From Alphaproteobacteria bacterium (GTDB taxonomy: Bacteria > Pseudomonadota > Alphaproteobacteria > CALKHQ01): a DNA stretch of 64,000 nucleotides. Location of the stretch: assembly GCA_965227515.1 (NCBI GenBank), contig CBDDFZ010000002.1, positions 448,001-512,000 of the forward strand, in the 5' to 3' direction. A program made the position numbers and the translations under genes. Shown here in pieces: positions 51,089-61,245 of the stretch (its first letter is position 1; every line of letters starts with the position of its first letter). The notes under the pieces are model-generated. The model was not told the DNA's origin. It saw only the letters and a program-made list of their open reading frames with translations, and ran no database searches.

Positions 51089-51979
51089 CTGGACATCATC
51101 CTCTCACCGCAGCTTCTGTTCTCCGCCCTTGTCCTGGGGGCGCTCTATGGCCTGATCGCGCTGGGGCTGAACCTGGTCTACGGCACCATGCGCCTGCTCA
51201 ACATCGCGCATGGCGACCTGGTGATGATCGGCGCTTACGCGGCGTTCTGGCTGATCACCCTGACCGGCGTGTCGCCGCTGATCGGGCTGCCGCTGATCGG
51301 CGCGCTGACCGGCGGGCTCGGCATCGTGCTCTACCTGGCCCTGTTTCGCGGCCAGCTCTCCGGCCGCCGCCCGATGGCGCGCATCGAGGCCAACTCGCTG
51401 CTGCTGTTCTTCGGCGTGTCGGCGATCCTGCAGAACGTCATGGCGCTGGCCTTCACCTCCACCTCGCGCGCCTACCAGCACCTGGACGACGTCTACACCA
51501 TTGCCGGGGTCGCGATGACCGGCAACCGGATCGCGGCGCTGGTGGTCGCGGTGGTGGTGGTGGCCGGCGTCATGATCTTCCTGCGCGCGACCTTCTACGG
51601 CCTGGCGGTATCGGCGCTGATCCAGAACCGGGATGCGGCCAGGATCGTCGGCATCAACGTCTCGCGGGTCCAGTTGGCGAGCTTCGCGATCGGCTTCGCG
51701 GTCGCCGGCATCGCGGGCGCGTTGATCAGCATGACCGAGCAGATCTCGCCGTTCATGGGCTTCCCGTTCACCATTGCCGCGTTCGTGGTCATCATCCTCG
51801 GCGGGCTCGGCAATATTGCCGGCGGCATCATCGCCGGCGTCCTGCTCGGCTTCGTCGAGATCTATGCCGTGGCGCTGACCTCGGCCAACTACCGGTCCAT
51901 GCTGCTCTACGGCGTGTTCGTGGCCATCCTGCTGATCCGCCCGCAAGGGCTGTTCGGCAAGGCGGTGCGCCGGACATGA
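51089..51979 (+). CDS. LIV-type ABC permease (LivH-like), probable CTG start
   Basis: Conserved first TM (QLLFSALVLGALYGLIALGLNLVYGT) lies in frame upstream of the first ATG at 51188; GGAG 9 nt before CTG 51089. Confidence 0.8.
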   Translation: MDIILSPQLLFSALVLGALYGLIALGLNLVYGTMRLLNIAHGDLVMIGAYAAFWLITLTGVSPLIGLPLIGALTGGLGIVLYLALFRGQLSGRRPMARIEANSLLLFFGVSAILQNVMALAFTSTSRAYQHLDDVYTIAGVAMTGNRIAALVVAVVVVAGVMIFLRATFYGLAVSALIQNRDAARIVGINVSRVQLASFAIGFAVAGIAGALISMTEQISPFMGFPFTIAAFVVIILGGLGNIAGGIIAGVLLGFVEIYAVALTSANYRSMLLYGVFVAILLIRPQGLFGKAVRRT

Positions 51980-52899
51980 GGCTGCGCCGGCCCGACATCG
52001 AACTGGCCGCCGCCCTGACCGTGCTGGTCGCGGCGGGCGTGGCGACGCCGTTTCTGTTCAGCAACTATTGGACGCTGGTGGCGCTCAACCTGGCGATGTG
52101 GATCGCGCTGACCCAGAGCTGGGCCCTGTTCTCCGGCATGACCGGGTACATCTCGCTCGGCCACGTGGTGTTCTACGGCATCGGCGCCTATGTCGCGGTG
52201 TCGACCTTCGGGTCGCTGCCCTTGTACCTGTCCGTTCCGCTGGGCGGTCTGGTCGCCGCGATCTTCGCGTTGATCGTCGCGATCCCGGTGCTGCGGGTCC
52301 GCGGCCCCTACTTCGTCATCCTGACACTGGGGCTGGCGGAGCTGGTCAAGTACTCCGTGCTCAACCTGGAAACCGCGCTCGGCCAGTCCAGCCGGCTCCT
52401 GTTCGGTGCGCCGACGGCGGATATCCTGCTCTTCGTCATGATCGGCTTGGCCGTGGCGGCCAGCTTGATCGCCCACGTTGCCCGGGCGACGCGGTTCGGC
52501 CGGGGGCTGGTGGCGATCCGCGAGGACGAGGTCGCGGCGGAGACCGTGGGCGTACCGGTGGTGCGCTACAAGGTGATCGCGTTTGCGGCGTCCGCGGCGA
52601 TCCCCGGCATGGTCGGCGGCCTGATGGCGATGCGGACGTCGTATTTCGAGGTGCTGCAGGTCTTCAACCCGGTCATATCCTTCACCATTGTCACCATGGG
52701 GATCATCGGCGGCAGCGCGGACGCCCGCGGGCCGCTGTTGGGGGCGCTGTTCCTGGTGGTGCTGTCCGAGCTGCTGTGGACCAACGCGCCGCAGCTCTAC
52801 ATGATCCTGCTGGGCCTGTTCCTGATCGGGTTCGTCCTGCTGGCGCCGGGCGGCATGATCGGCCTGCTCAACCGCCGGCCGCGCGGTGCCGGATCATGA
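51976..52899 (+). CDS. LIV-type ABC permease (LivM-like)
   Basis: GMTGYISLGH, LRVRGPYFVILTL, AIREDE. Confidence 0.9.
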   Translation: MRLRRPDIELAAALTVLVAAGVATPFLFSNYWTLVALNLAMWIALTQSWALFSGMTGYISLGHVVFYGIGAYVAVSTFGSLPLYLSVPLGGLVAAIFALIVAIPVLRVRGPYFVILTLGLAELVKYSVLNLETALGQSSRLLFGAPTADILLFVMIGLAVAASLIAHVARATRFGRGLVAIREDEVAAETVGVPVVRYKVIAFAASAAIPGMVGGLMAMRTSYFEVLQVFNPVISFTIVTMGIIGGSADARGPLLGALFLVVLSELLWTNAPQLYMILLGLFLIGFVLLAPGGMIGLLNRRPRGAGS

Positions 52900-53627
52900 G
52901 CCTGCTGGAAGTGGAGCGGGTCTCCAAGTTCTTCGGCGGCCTGCGCGCCCTGGGCGACGTGACCTTCGCGGTGGAGGCCGGGGAGACCGTTGGCCTGATG
53001 GGCGCCAACGGGGCCGGCAAGACCACGCTGTTCAGCATCATCGCCGGCAACGAGCGGGCAAGCGACGGCGCCATCCGTTTCGACGGCCGTCCCATTGCCG
53101 GCTTGCGGCCGCATCGCATCTGCCGGCTCGGCATCGCGCGCACGTTCCAGAATGTTCGCCCGTTTCCGGGGCTGAGCGTGCGCGAGAATGTCGAGGTCGC
53201 CATGTCGTTCGGCGATGCCACGGCGGCGCATGGCGCCGCGTTGTCGCGCGGTGCGGTCGACATCCTGGACGAGGTTGGCCTGGCCGACCAGGCCGACAAG
53301 CCCGCCGGTGCGCTGACCCTGTCCGGGCGCAAGCGGCTGGAGGTGGCGCGCGCCCTGGGCACGCGGCCGGCACTGCTGCTGCTGGACGAGGTGATGGCGG
53401 GCCTGACCCCGTCCGAGGTTGTCGACATGCTGGAGACTGTGAAGAGCGTCAGGCGGACCCGCCAGTTGACGATCGTCATCGTGGAGCACGTCGTGCGCGC
53501 CCTGATCGAGCTGTCGGAGCGCATCATCGTGCTCCATCATGGCGAACTGATCGCCGCCGGCACGCCGGCCGCCGTGACCGCGGACCCCGCCGTGCGCGCG
53601 GTCTATTTCGGCGAGGCCGAGGCATGA
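52896..53627 (+). CDS. LIV-type ABC ATP-binding protein (LivG-like)
   Basis: GANGAGKTT, ARTFQ, LLLDE, VEH. Confidence 0.92.
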   Translation: MSLLEVERVSKFFGGLRALGDVTFAVEAGETVGLMGANGAGKTTLFSIIAGNERASDGAIRFDGRPIAGLRPHRICRLGIARTFQNVRPFPGLSVRENVEVAMSFGDATAAHGAALSRGAVDILDEVGLADQADKPAGALTLSGRKRLEVARALGTRPALLLLDEVMAGLTPSEVVDMLETVKSVRRTRQLTIVIVEHVVRALIELSERIIVLHHGELIAAGTPAAVTADPAVRAVYFGEAEA

Positions 53628-54337
53628 GCGCGTTCCTGCAGGTCAGCGGCCTCGGGTCGGGCTACGGCGATGTCCGGATCCTGCACGGTGTCGATATCGC
53701 CGTGGCGGCAGGGTCGATCACCGGCCTGATCGGGGCCAATGGCGCCGGCAAGACGACATTGATGCGCTGCCTGGCGGGCCTGCTGTCATCCACAAGCGGC
53801 AGCATTCGGCTGGAGGCGCAGTCCGTCGAGCCCTTGGCGTCCCATGCCCGCGTCGAGCTGGGCGTGGTGCTGGTGCCGGAGGGGCGGCTGGTCTTTCCGG
53901 AGATGAGCGTGGACGACAATCTGCGCGTCGGCGCGATCAGCCGGCGGGCCCGCGCCGCCTATGCCGATACGCTGGCGTCGGTGTTCGACTTGTTCCCACG
54001 GCTCAAGGAACGGCGGCGGCAGATGGCCGGCACGCTGTCGGGTGGCGAGCAGCAGATGCTGGCCCTGGGCCGCGGACTGATGGCACGCCCCCGGCTGTTG
54101 CTGCTCGACGAGCCCACGCTGGGACTGGCGCCGGGCGTGGCCAACCAGATCTTCGACCTGCTGCCGGAGATGGTGCGCATCGGTGTCACGATCCTGATCG
54201 CGGAGCAGGATGCGCGACGGACGCTCACCTGTGCCGACGACGCCTATGTTCTGGAAAACGGTCGGGTGACGATCAACGCCCCAGGTCTGTCTCTTCTCGA
54301 TAACCCGGAAATTTCAAAGGCATATCTGGGGATGTAG
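53624..54337 (+). CDS. LIV-type ABC ATP-binding protein (LivF-like)
   Basis: GANGAGKTT, VPEGR, LSGGEQQML, LLDEPTLGLAP. Confidence 0.92.
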   Translation: MSAFLQVSGLGSGYGDVRILHGVDIAVAAGSITGLIGANGAGKTTLMRCLAGLLSSTSGSIRLEAQSVEPLASHARVELGVVLVPEGRLVFPEMSVDDNLRVGAISRRARAAYADTLASVFDLFPRLKERRRQMAGTLSGGEQQMLALGRGLMARPRLLLLDEPTLGLAPGVANQIFDLLPEMVRIGVTILIAEQDARRTLTCADDAYVLENGRVTINAPGLSLLDNPEISKAYLGM

Positions 54338-54508
54338 CGGCTGGCGGCCGCGGATCGACGAGCTGTGGGCCGCATCCAGGCGATGCAACGCTGCAAACGA
54401 TTTCACAAATGCGGCCATCCGACCTTGCCAAGCCGATAATTTGGTGAGACCTTCCGCGTCCATCGGCGTCATGCGAAGGAGCGTCGACCAAAATTGGGAG
54501 GATCCAAC

Positions 54509-55498
54509 ATGCATTATCGGCTTGCCGCCGCCATCACCGCGCCCGCCGTCGGTCTGGCGATGCTGTCAACCGCCGCCACTGCCGAGGAGTTCCGTGGCTG
54601 GAACATCCACGTGGCCGGCTACCCGAACACCGTCGCCATGGACCGTTTCGCCGAACTGGTCGAAGAGAAGACCGACGGCCGCATCACCATCAACATGTTC
54701 CACGATGGCGTGCTCGGCAACCAGCCCGACGCCATCGAGCAGGTCCGCATCGGCGCGATCGAGATCGGCAACTTCAACCTCGGCCCGATCGGTCCGGTCG
54801 CCGACGCCGCCAACGTGGTGTCGCTGCCGTTCGTGTTCCGTGACGTCGAGCACATGCACCACGCCATGGACGGCGAGGCCGGCGACATGATCAGCGCCTC
54901 GATGGAAGAGAAGGGCCTGGTCGCGCTGGCCTGGTACGACAGCGGCGCGCGCTCGTTCTACAACTCGGTCCGCCCGATCTACACCGTCGCGGATGTCGAG
55001 GGCCTGAAGATCCGGGTCATGAACAACGACCTCTACTCGATGATGATCAACGAGCTTGGCGGCAACCCGTCGCCGATGGCGTTCGCCGAGGTCTACTCCG
55101 CGCTGGGCAACAGCGTGGTCGACGGTGCCGAGAACAACTGGCCGTCCTACGAGTCGACCGGCCACTTCGAGGTCGCCGGCTACTACTCGCTGTCGCAGCA
55201 CCTGATCATTCCGGAGTGCGTGTGCATCAACGCCGACGTCTACAACGGCCTGTCGGAAGAGGATCAGCAGGCGCTGTTCGATGCCGCCCGCGAGTCCGCC
55301 GTGCTGCAGCGCGAGCTGTGGGAAGAGCGCGAGGTCGCGAGCCGTGAGATCGTGATGGCCGCCGGCGTCGAGTTCAACGAGATCTCGCCGGAAGACAAGG
55401 CCGAGTTCCAGGCCGCGATGGCCCCGGTCTATGAGGGCTTCTTCGAGCAGAACCCGCACCTGAAGGAACTGGTCGACCTGATCATCGCGACCGAATAG
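54509..55498 (+). CDS. dctP: TRAP transporter substrate-binding protein (DctP family)
   Basis: Signal peptide; GARSFY, GLKIRV, EVYSAL...VDGAENN. Confidence 0.92.
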   Translation: MHYRLAAAITAPAVGLAMLSTAATAEEFRGWNIHVAGYPNTVAMDRFAELVEEKTDGRITINMFHDGVLGNQPDAIEQVRIGAIEIGNFNLGPIGPVADAANVVSLPFVFRDVEHMHHAMDGEAGDMISASMEEKGLVALAWYDSGARSFYNSVRPIYTVADVEGLKIRVMNNDLYSMMINELGGNPSPMAFAEVYSALGNSVVDGAENNWPSYESTGHFEVAGYYSLSQHLIIPECVCINADVYNGLSEEDQQALFDAARESAVLQRELWEEREVASREIVMAAGVEFNEISPEDKAEFQAAMAPVYEGFFEQNPHLKELVDLIIATE

Positions 55499-55527
55499 CC
55501 GTTTCCGCACGGCATTTCGATTGGACG

Positions 55528-55562
55528 GGCGGGTGGCGCGACAGTGCTGCCCGCCTTTGTTT
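55528..55562 (+). terminator. Intercistronic hairpin/terminator after dctP
   Basis: GGCGGGTGGCGC-gaca-GTGCTGCCCGCC followed by TTTGTTT. Confidence 0.6.
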
Positions 55563-55635
55563 GCCACATCGTTCCTTGTGCTAGCGCACAGACTTCAGCG
55601 TAGGCTGATTGCGATTGGCCAGGAGTTGCGCGGCG

Positions 55636-56136
55636 GTGCTTGAGAAATTCGAGCGTGTGCTGGACATCCTCAGCCGTGCCTGCCTGATCGTGGCCGGCGT
55701 GGCCATCGTCGTGCTGACGGTGATCTTCGGCATCCTGGTCTACGGCCGCTATGTGGAGAACGAGACGCCGACCTGGGTGGAACAGGTCGCGCTGCTGCTC
55801 ATCTTCGTCATCACCTTCCTGGGCGCGGCGTCCGGCATTCACGAGAACCGCCACCTCAGCGTGTCGATGTTCCGCGACCGGGCGCCCCGGCACCTGCGGT
55901 TCGCGCTGTTCCTGCTCTCTTTCACGGTCCTGGCCGCGTTCGGCGTGGTGATGGTGCTGAACAGTTTCGATCTCGTGCTGGCGGAGTGGGACTCCCTGAT
56001 CCCGCTGATCGGTGTGCCGAAGGGCGCGCGCTCGATCCCCATGGTCATCTGCGGCGCGCTGATCTTCCTGTTCTGCGTCGGACACATCATCCGCCTTTTC
56101 CGGGGCACCGAGCCCCCTCGCCACGACACCGACTGA
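55636..56136 (+). CDS. dctQ: TRAP transporter small permease (DctQ)
   Basis: Four TMs; W.EQ, FLGAASG...HL. AGGAG SD before GTG. Confidence 0.88.
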   Translation: MLEKFERVLDILSRACLIVAGVAIVVLTVIFGILVYGRYVENETPTWVEQVALLLIFVITFLGAASGIHENRHLSVSMFRDRAPRHLRFALFLLSFTVLAAFGVVMVLNSFDLVLAEWDSLIPLIGVPKGARSIPMVICGALIFLFCVGHIIRLFRGTEPPRHDTD

Positions 56137-56179
56137 TGGCCCGTACGGACACCATGTGCGCTAGAGCGCTGAGCACCCC

Positions 56180-57478
56180 ATGAGCCTCGTCGTCCTGTTC
56201 GGCCTGTTCTTCGGCGGGGTCGTCATCGGCATGCCGGTCGCCTTCGCGCTCGGCGTGGCGGGCTTCGGCGCCATCCTCTACGAGGGCTTCCCGCTGTCGT
56301 TGGCGTTCCAGCGCATCGTGGCGGGTGTCGGCGTACACTCGCTGGTCGCGATCCCGTTCTTCATCTTCGCCGGCGAGCTGATGAACCACGGCGGCATCGC
56401 CAAGCACCTTGTGCGCCTGGCCTCGTCGGCGGTCGGCTGGGTGCGCGGCGGCCTGGGCCTGGTCAATGTCTTCGCCTCAATGCTGTTCGGCGGCATCTCC
56501 GGTTCGGCGGTGGCCGACATCTCCGCGCTTGGCTCGATCCTGATGCCGGTGATGAAGGAGAAGGGCTACGACGACGATTACGCGGTGAACGTCACCGTCA
56601 CCTCGTCGCTGGCCGGCATCGTCATCCCGCCCAGCCATAACATGATCCTGTATGCGGTCGCGGCAGGCGCGGGCAGCGGCATCTCGGTCGCCAGCCTGTT
56701 CATGGCCGGCGTCATCCCCGGCATCCTGATGTGCCTGTGCTTGGCCGCCGCGGCCTACATCGTCGCGATCAAGCGCGGCTACGGCAAGGAACCGTTCCCC
56801 GGCCTGGTGGCGCTGGCGGTCCACTTCGCCTACGCGCTGCCGGGGCTGTTCACGGCGGTCATCATCGTCGGCGGCGTGCTCTCCGGCGTGTTCACGGTCA
56901 CGGAATCGGGCGCGTTCGGCGCACTCTATGCCGCCGCCGTCACCGCCATCCTCTACCGGCGGCTGACCTGGGAGAACTTCAAGAAGGCGGTCGTCGGCGC
57001 GGTGCGCACCACCTCGATGGTGATGATCCTGATCGCCTGCGCGTCGGTGTTCGCCTACATGCTGACCATCAACCGTGTGCCGTCACTGATGGTCGATGCG
57101 CTGGTCGGCATCTCCAACGACCCGATCATGATCCTGCTGATGATCAACCTGATCCTGCTGCTGCTCGGCATGATCATGGACATGGCGGCGCTGATCCTGA
57201 TCTGCACGCCGATCTTCCTGCCGGTGGTCACCGCCATCGACATGGACCCGCTGCAGTTCGGCATCGTCCTGATGATGAACCTGGGTCTGGGCCTGTGCAC
57301 GCCGCCGGTGGGGGCCTGTCTGTTCGTCGGCTGCTCCATAGGCAAGGTGCCCATAGAGCGCGCCGTGAAGACGATCTGGCCGTTCTACATCGCCATCCTG
57401 GTCGCGCTGATGCTGACCACGTTCGTTCCGGAGCTGACGCTGACCATCCCGGAGTGGATCAAGGAAAGCCCTGATTAG
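56180..57478 (+). CDS. dctM: TRAP transporter large permease (DctM)
   Basis: AIPFFIFAGELM, FGGISGSAVAD, IPPS, GLCTPPVG. Confidence 0.93.
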   Translation: MSLVVLFGLFFGGVVIGMPVAFALGVAGFGAILYEGFPLSLAFQRIVAGVGVHSLVAIPFFIFAGELMNHGGIAKHLVRLASSAVGWVRGGLGLVNVFASMLFGGISGSAVADISALGSILMPVMKEKGYDDDYAVNVTVTSSLAGIVIPPSHNMILYAVAAGAGSGISVASLFMAGVIPGILMCLCLAAAAYIVAIKRGYGKEPFPGLVALAVHFAYALPGLFTAVIIVGGVLSGVFTVTESGAFGALYAAAVTAILYRRLTWENFKKAVVGAVRTTSMVMILIACASVFAYMLTINRVPSLMVDALVGISNDPIMILLMINLILLLLGMIMDMAALILICTPIFLPVVTAIDMDPLQFGIVLMMNLGLGLCTPPVGACLFVGCSIGKVPIERAVKTIWPFYIAILVALMLTTFVPELTLTIPEWIKESPD

Positions 57479-57496
57479 GGGGCTGGGGCTCGACGG

Positions 57497-57638
57497 CCCT
57501 CACCCTCCCGTCCGGCTGGGCCGGCCGGGTCCCTCCCTCTCCCAGAGGGAGAGGGGTCTGCCGCGTCGCCCGATAATCCCTCTCCCCGCGGGAGAGGGAG
57601 GGGCCCGCAAACCATAGGTTTGTGGGAGGGTGAGGGGG
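57497..57638. repeat. Palindromic intergenic repeat (CCCTCACCC...CCCTCTCCC/GGGAGAGGG type)
   Basis: Terminal CCCTCACCCTCCC / GGGAGGGTGAGGG inverted pair with two internal CCCTCTCCC..GGGAGAGGG hairpins, between convergent genes. Confidence 0.8.
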
Positions 57639-57644
57639 CTTCCC

Positions 57645-59219
57645 TCAGGGCTGCGCCAGGTGGGCGCGCCAGACCTCGGCGTCGACAGAGCCGTTGGCGC
57701 GGTAGTCGGCGACGTGGACGGCGAAGCGGTCGACGAACCGGATCAGATGGGTGTGGCCACGCGCTTCCAGTTCCTGGCGCACGGTGGCGAGTTGCGGCAG
57801 CACGGCTTCGGCCGTGTAGTTCTCCGCCACCACGATCACCGCCTCGACATAGGTCTCCATCGCGGTGTTCAGGCTAGCCTGCGCGAAGGCCAGGCTCTCG
57901 GCAAACGGGGAGGCGTCGGGCGCGCCGCCATCATCGGGACCGGAAACCGCGGCCTCCGCCTCGGCAATCTCGGCCAGCGCCTGGTATTTCTGCGCCTCGC
58001 CATGCACGTCCCAGCCGACCTCGGCGCCCAGGCCGACGAGATGGCGGATGATGCGCGTCTGCAGCCGCTCGTCGGCGCTGTCGTTGCGGCGCAGCATGGT
58101 CAGCACGCCCTCCAGCGCATCGCCCAGGGCCCGGTCCTCAACGCCGTCGGCAAGGTCGGCCAGCGCCGCCAGCGGGTCGTCGCCCAGCGCGATGGCATCG
58201 TTCACCGGGTCACTGCCGGCCGCGGTCAGGTCCACCCAGGCCTGCTCCACCGATTCCAGCCGCGCGACCGACGTCAGCACCGGGGCCGAGATCACCAGCC
58301 GGAAGCCGATGGTGCGCACGTGGTTGGCGCCATTCTCGTTGAAGTGCGCGACCTCCTGGCGATAGGAGGCGCGGATGTCGCGTTCCGACGTCAGGTAGTT
58401 GCCGCCGCGCACCACGAAGCCGCCGGCCTGGCCGTGCGGCCGGCCCAGGCGGTTGGCGCGGAACGGTTCCAGCATGATCTCGTCGGCATTGCCCAGCATG
58501 TCGTGCAGGCCGAGCGGGTTCGGCGCCAGCAACCCGGTGAGCTGCAGCCGCCCGTTGGCCGACCGCGATCCCTGGAACCAGACATGGCCGGTCAGCCCCT
58601 CCGGCATCGGGAACACCCGGTCGCGGAACACGTCGGCAGAGACGGTGATGCCGCCGCGCACCGCATACTCCCACTCCACTTCGGTCGGCAGCCGCAGGAA
58701 CGGCGTCGCGCCGTCGGCATCCGGCAGCAGGTCGCGGGCGTTGGCCAGCAGCCACTCGGTGTAGACGGCCGACAACGATGCGGCGTCGATCCAGGTGACG
58801 GCGGTCACCGGCAGCCGGTCGGCGGGGGTCGGGTCGGAACATTCGCCACGGATGGCGGCCGCCTGTCCCTCGGTCACCTCGTACTTGCCGATCCAATAGA
58901 GGCGGCGGGCCGGATCATCCGGGTCGACGAAGGCGCCGGCCAGGTAGTCGAACCGTGCGCCCTCTGAGTAGCCAAAGCGCTCGTCGCCGGCGCCGATCAG
59001 GATGCGGCGGTCGCCGAGCGCGCCGTCGCTGGGCACCGCCACCGGGCGGAACGTCATCGCGCCGCCGCAGGGCATCGGCAGCACCAAGTCGCCCGGCGCC
59101 GGCTGGTTGTTGTAATTGCGTTCCGGCCAGGTGATCGCACCCGGGGCAGCTTCATCTTGGGCGGCGGCGGATGCGCCCAGCAGCACCATTAGGGCTGCGG
59201 AAATTGCGCTATATCGCAC
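57645..59219 (-). CDS. Exported FGE-sulfatase (SUMF1) domain protein, TagR-like
   Basis: Signal peptide; LVLPMPCGG, IGKYEVT, LRLPTEVEWEYAVRGG, PNPLGLHDMLGNADE, VVRGG, IGFRLV. Confidence 0.85.
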   Translation of the reverse strand: MRYSAISAALMVLLGASAAAQDEAAPGAITWPERNYNNQPAPGDLVLPMPCGGAMTFRPVAVPSDGALGDRRILIGAGDERFGYSEGARFDYLAGAFVDPDDPARRLYWIGKYEVTEGQAAAIRGECSDPTPADRLPVTAVTWIDAASLSAVYTEWLLANARDLLPDADGATPFLRLPTEVEWEYAVRGGITVSADVFRDRVFPMPEGLTGHVWFQGSRSANGRLQLTGLLAPNPLGLHDMLGNADEIMLEPFRANRLGRPHGQAGGFVVRGGNYLTSERDIRASYRQEVAHFNENGANHVRTIGFRLVISAPVLTSVARLESVEQAWVDLTAAGSDPVNDAIALGDDPLAALADLADGVEDRALGDALEGVLTMLRRNDSADERLQTRIIRHLVGLGAEVGWDVHGEAQKYQALAEIAEAEAAVSGPDDGGAPDASPFAESLAFAQASLNTAMETYVEAVIVVAENYTAEAVLPQLATVRQELEARGHTHLIRFVDRFAVHVADYRANGSVDAEVWRAHLAQP

Positions 59220-60461
59220 GGAGGCCCTCCGCCGGTGAGATGCGCACCACGCGGCGCCCGGCCGCGGTGGCGGCGGCGCCCGCGACCGCCAGCGTCAGCG
59301 CCAGGCCGGCCAGCGCATGCAGCGGGTGAATGCGGCACACGCTCTCGCCCGACACCAGTTCGCTGGCGAACACGCCGTTGATGATGGCGCCGACGATGTA
59401 AGCCAGCGCGATGGCGCCGATACCGCCTGCGAGCGCGATGCCCAGGCTCTGCGAGACCGGAAACGCGACCAGGGCGCGGCGTTGCAGGCCGATCAGTTGC
59501 AGCACGCTCAGCGCCTGGCGCTTGCGCTCCACATTGGCCCACAGGCTGGCCGCCAGGCTGACGGCGTAGCCGGCACCGCCAATGATCGCGATGATCCAGA
59601 AGATCGCGCTCAGGCTGCGGTCCAGATTCTGAATCGCGTCGATGTCGGCCAGCCGGCTGCGCACGTCCTGGCCGCCGGCCAGTACGTCGTCCTGCAATTG
59701 CGCCACGTCGTCCATGCTGCCGGCGTAGAGGCGAAAACTGGCATAAATGCGGGGCGTGGGCGGTGGCGGGTCGTCGGCGTAGCCCCAGGCGGGCACCGCG
59801 CGGCCGTCGCGGAAGTCCTCCGCCGCCACCAGCAGGTCGAGCGGCGCGAAGGCGGCGGCGCGGGCGAACGCCACCGGCGGCAGCACGCCGGCCACGGTCA
59901 GCGGCACCCGGGCGATCTCCCGCCCGCTGTCGCGGGTGCGCACCACGATGCCTTCGACCGTATCGCCGGCCGCCACGTCCAGGGTCTGGGCCGCGCGGTC
60001 CGACAGCACGATCTCGCCCTCTGACGGCGGCGCCAGTTCCGCCAGCGCCAGCACCGGGTCGCCGGCTGCCGAGGGCACCAGTTCCACCGTCACCACGGCG
60101 GCGCGGCCCGGCTCGGTCACGGTCAGGTCGACGGTGGTGGCGATCTGGCGGGTGCGGGGAATGACGAAGCCGACGTCGTCGCGGGCGGCCATGGCGTCGA
60201 ACCAGTCGCCGTCATAGCGCCCGGCGCCGATGGGCGTGATTTCCAGGTTGCGCGGGTCGGAGGTGAGGCGCGTCGTCATGGTGTCGATCAGCCCGAACTT
60301 CAGCCCGAACAGCACCAGCAGCGGGGTCAGAACCGCGACCAGGGCGGCGATGAAACACGCGCTCAAGCCCTTTTCCGCCAGTAGATCGGCCACCGCCAGC
60401 CGGGCCGACTGGCCGATCAGGCGCCAGCGGACCGCGCCGCTATCCGTGTCGGCGGCCACAC

Positions 60462-60465
<4 letters not shown>
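59209..60465 (-). CDS. FtsX/MacB-type ABC permease, TagS-like
   Basis: PLLVLFGLKFG, DPRNLEI, large periplasmic loop, NVERKRQALSVLQLIG, three C-terminal TMs. Confidence 0.85.
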
Positions 60466-61205
<740 letters not shown>

Positions 61206-61245
61206 CTGAAAACACCGTGTGGCAGTCGCACGCAGATGCGTGCGG

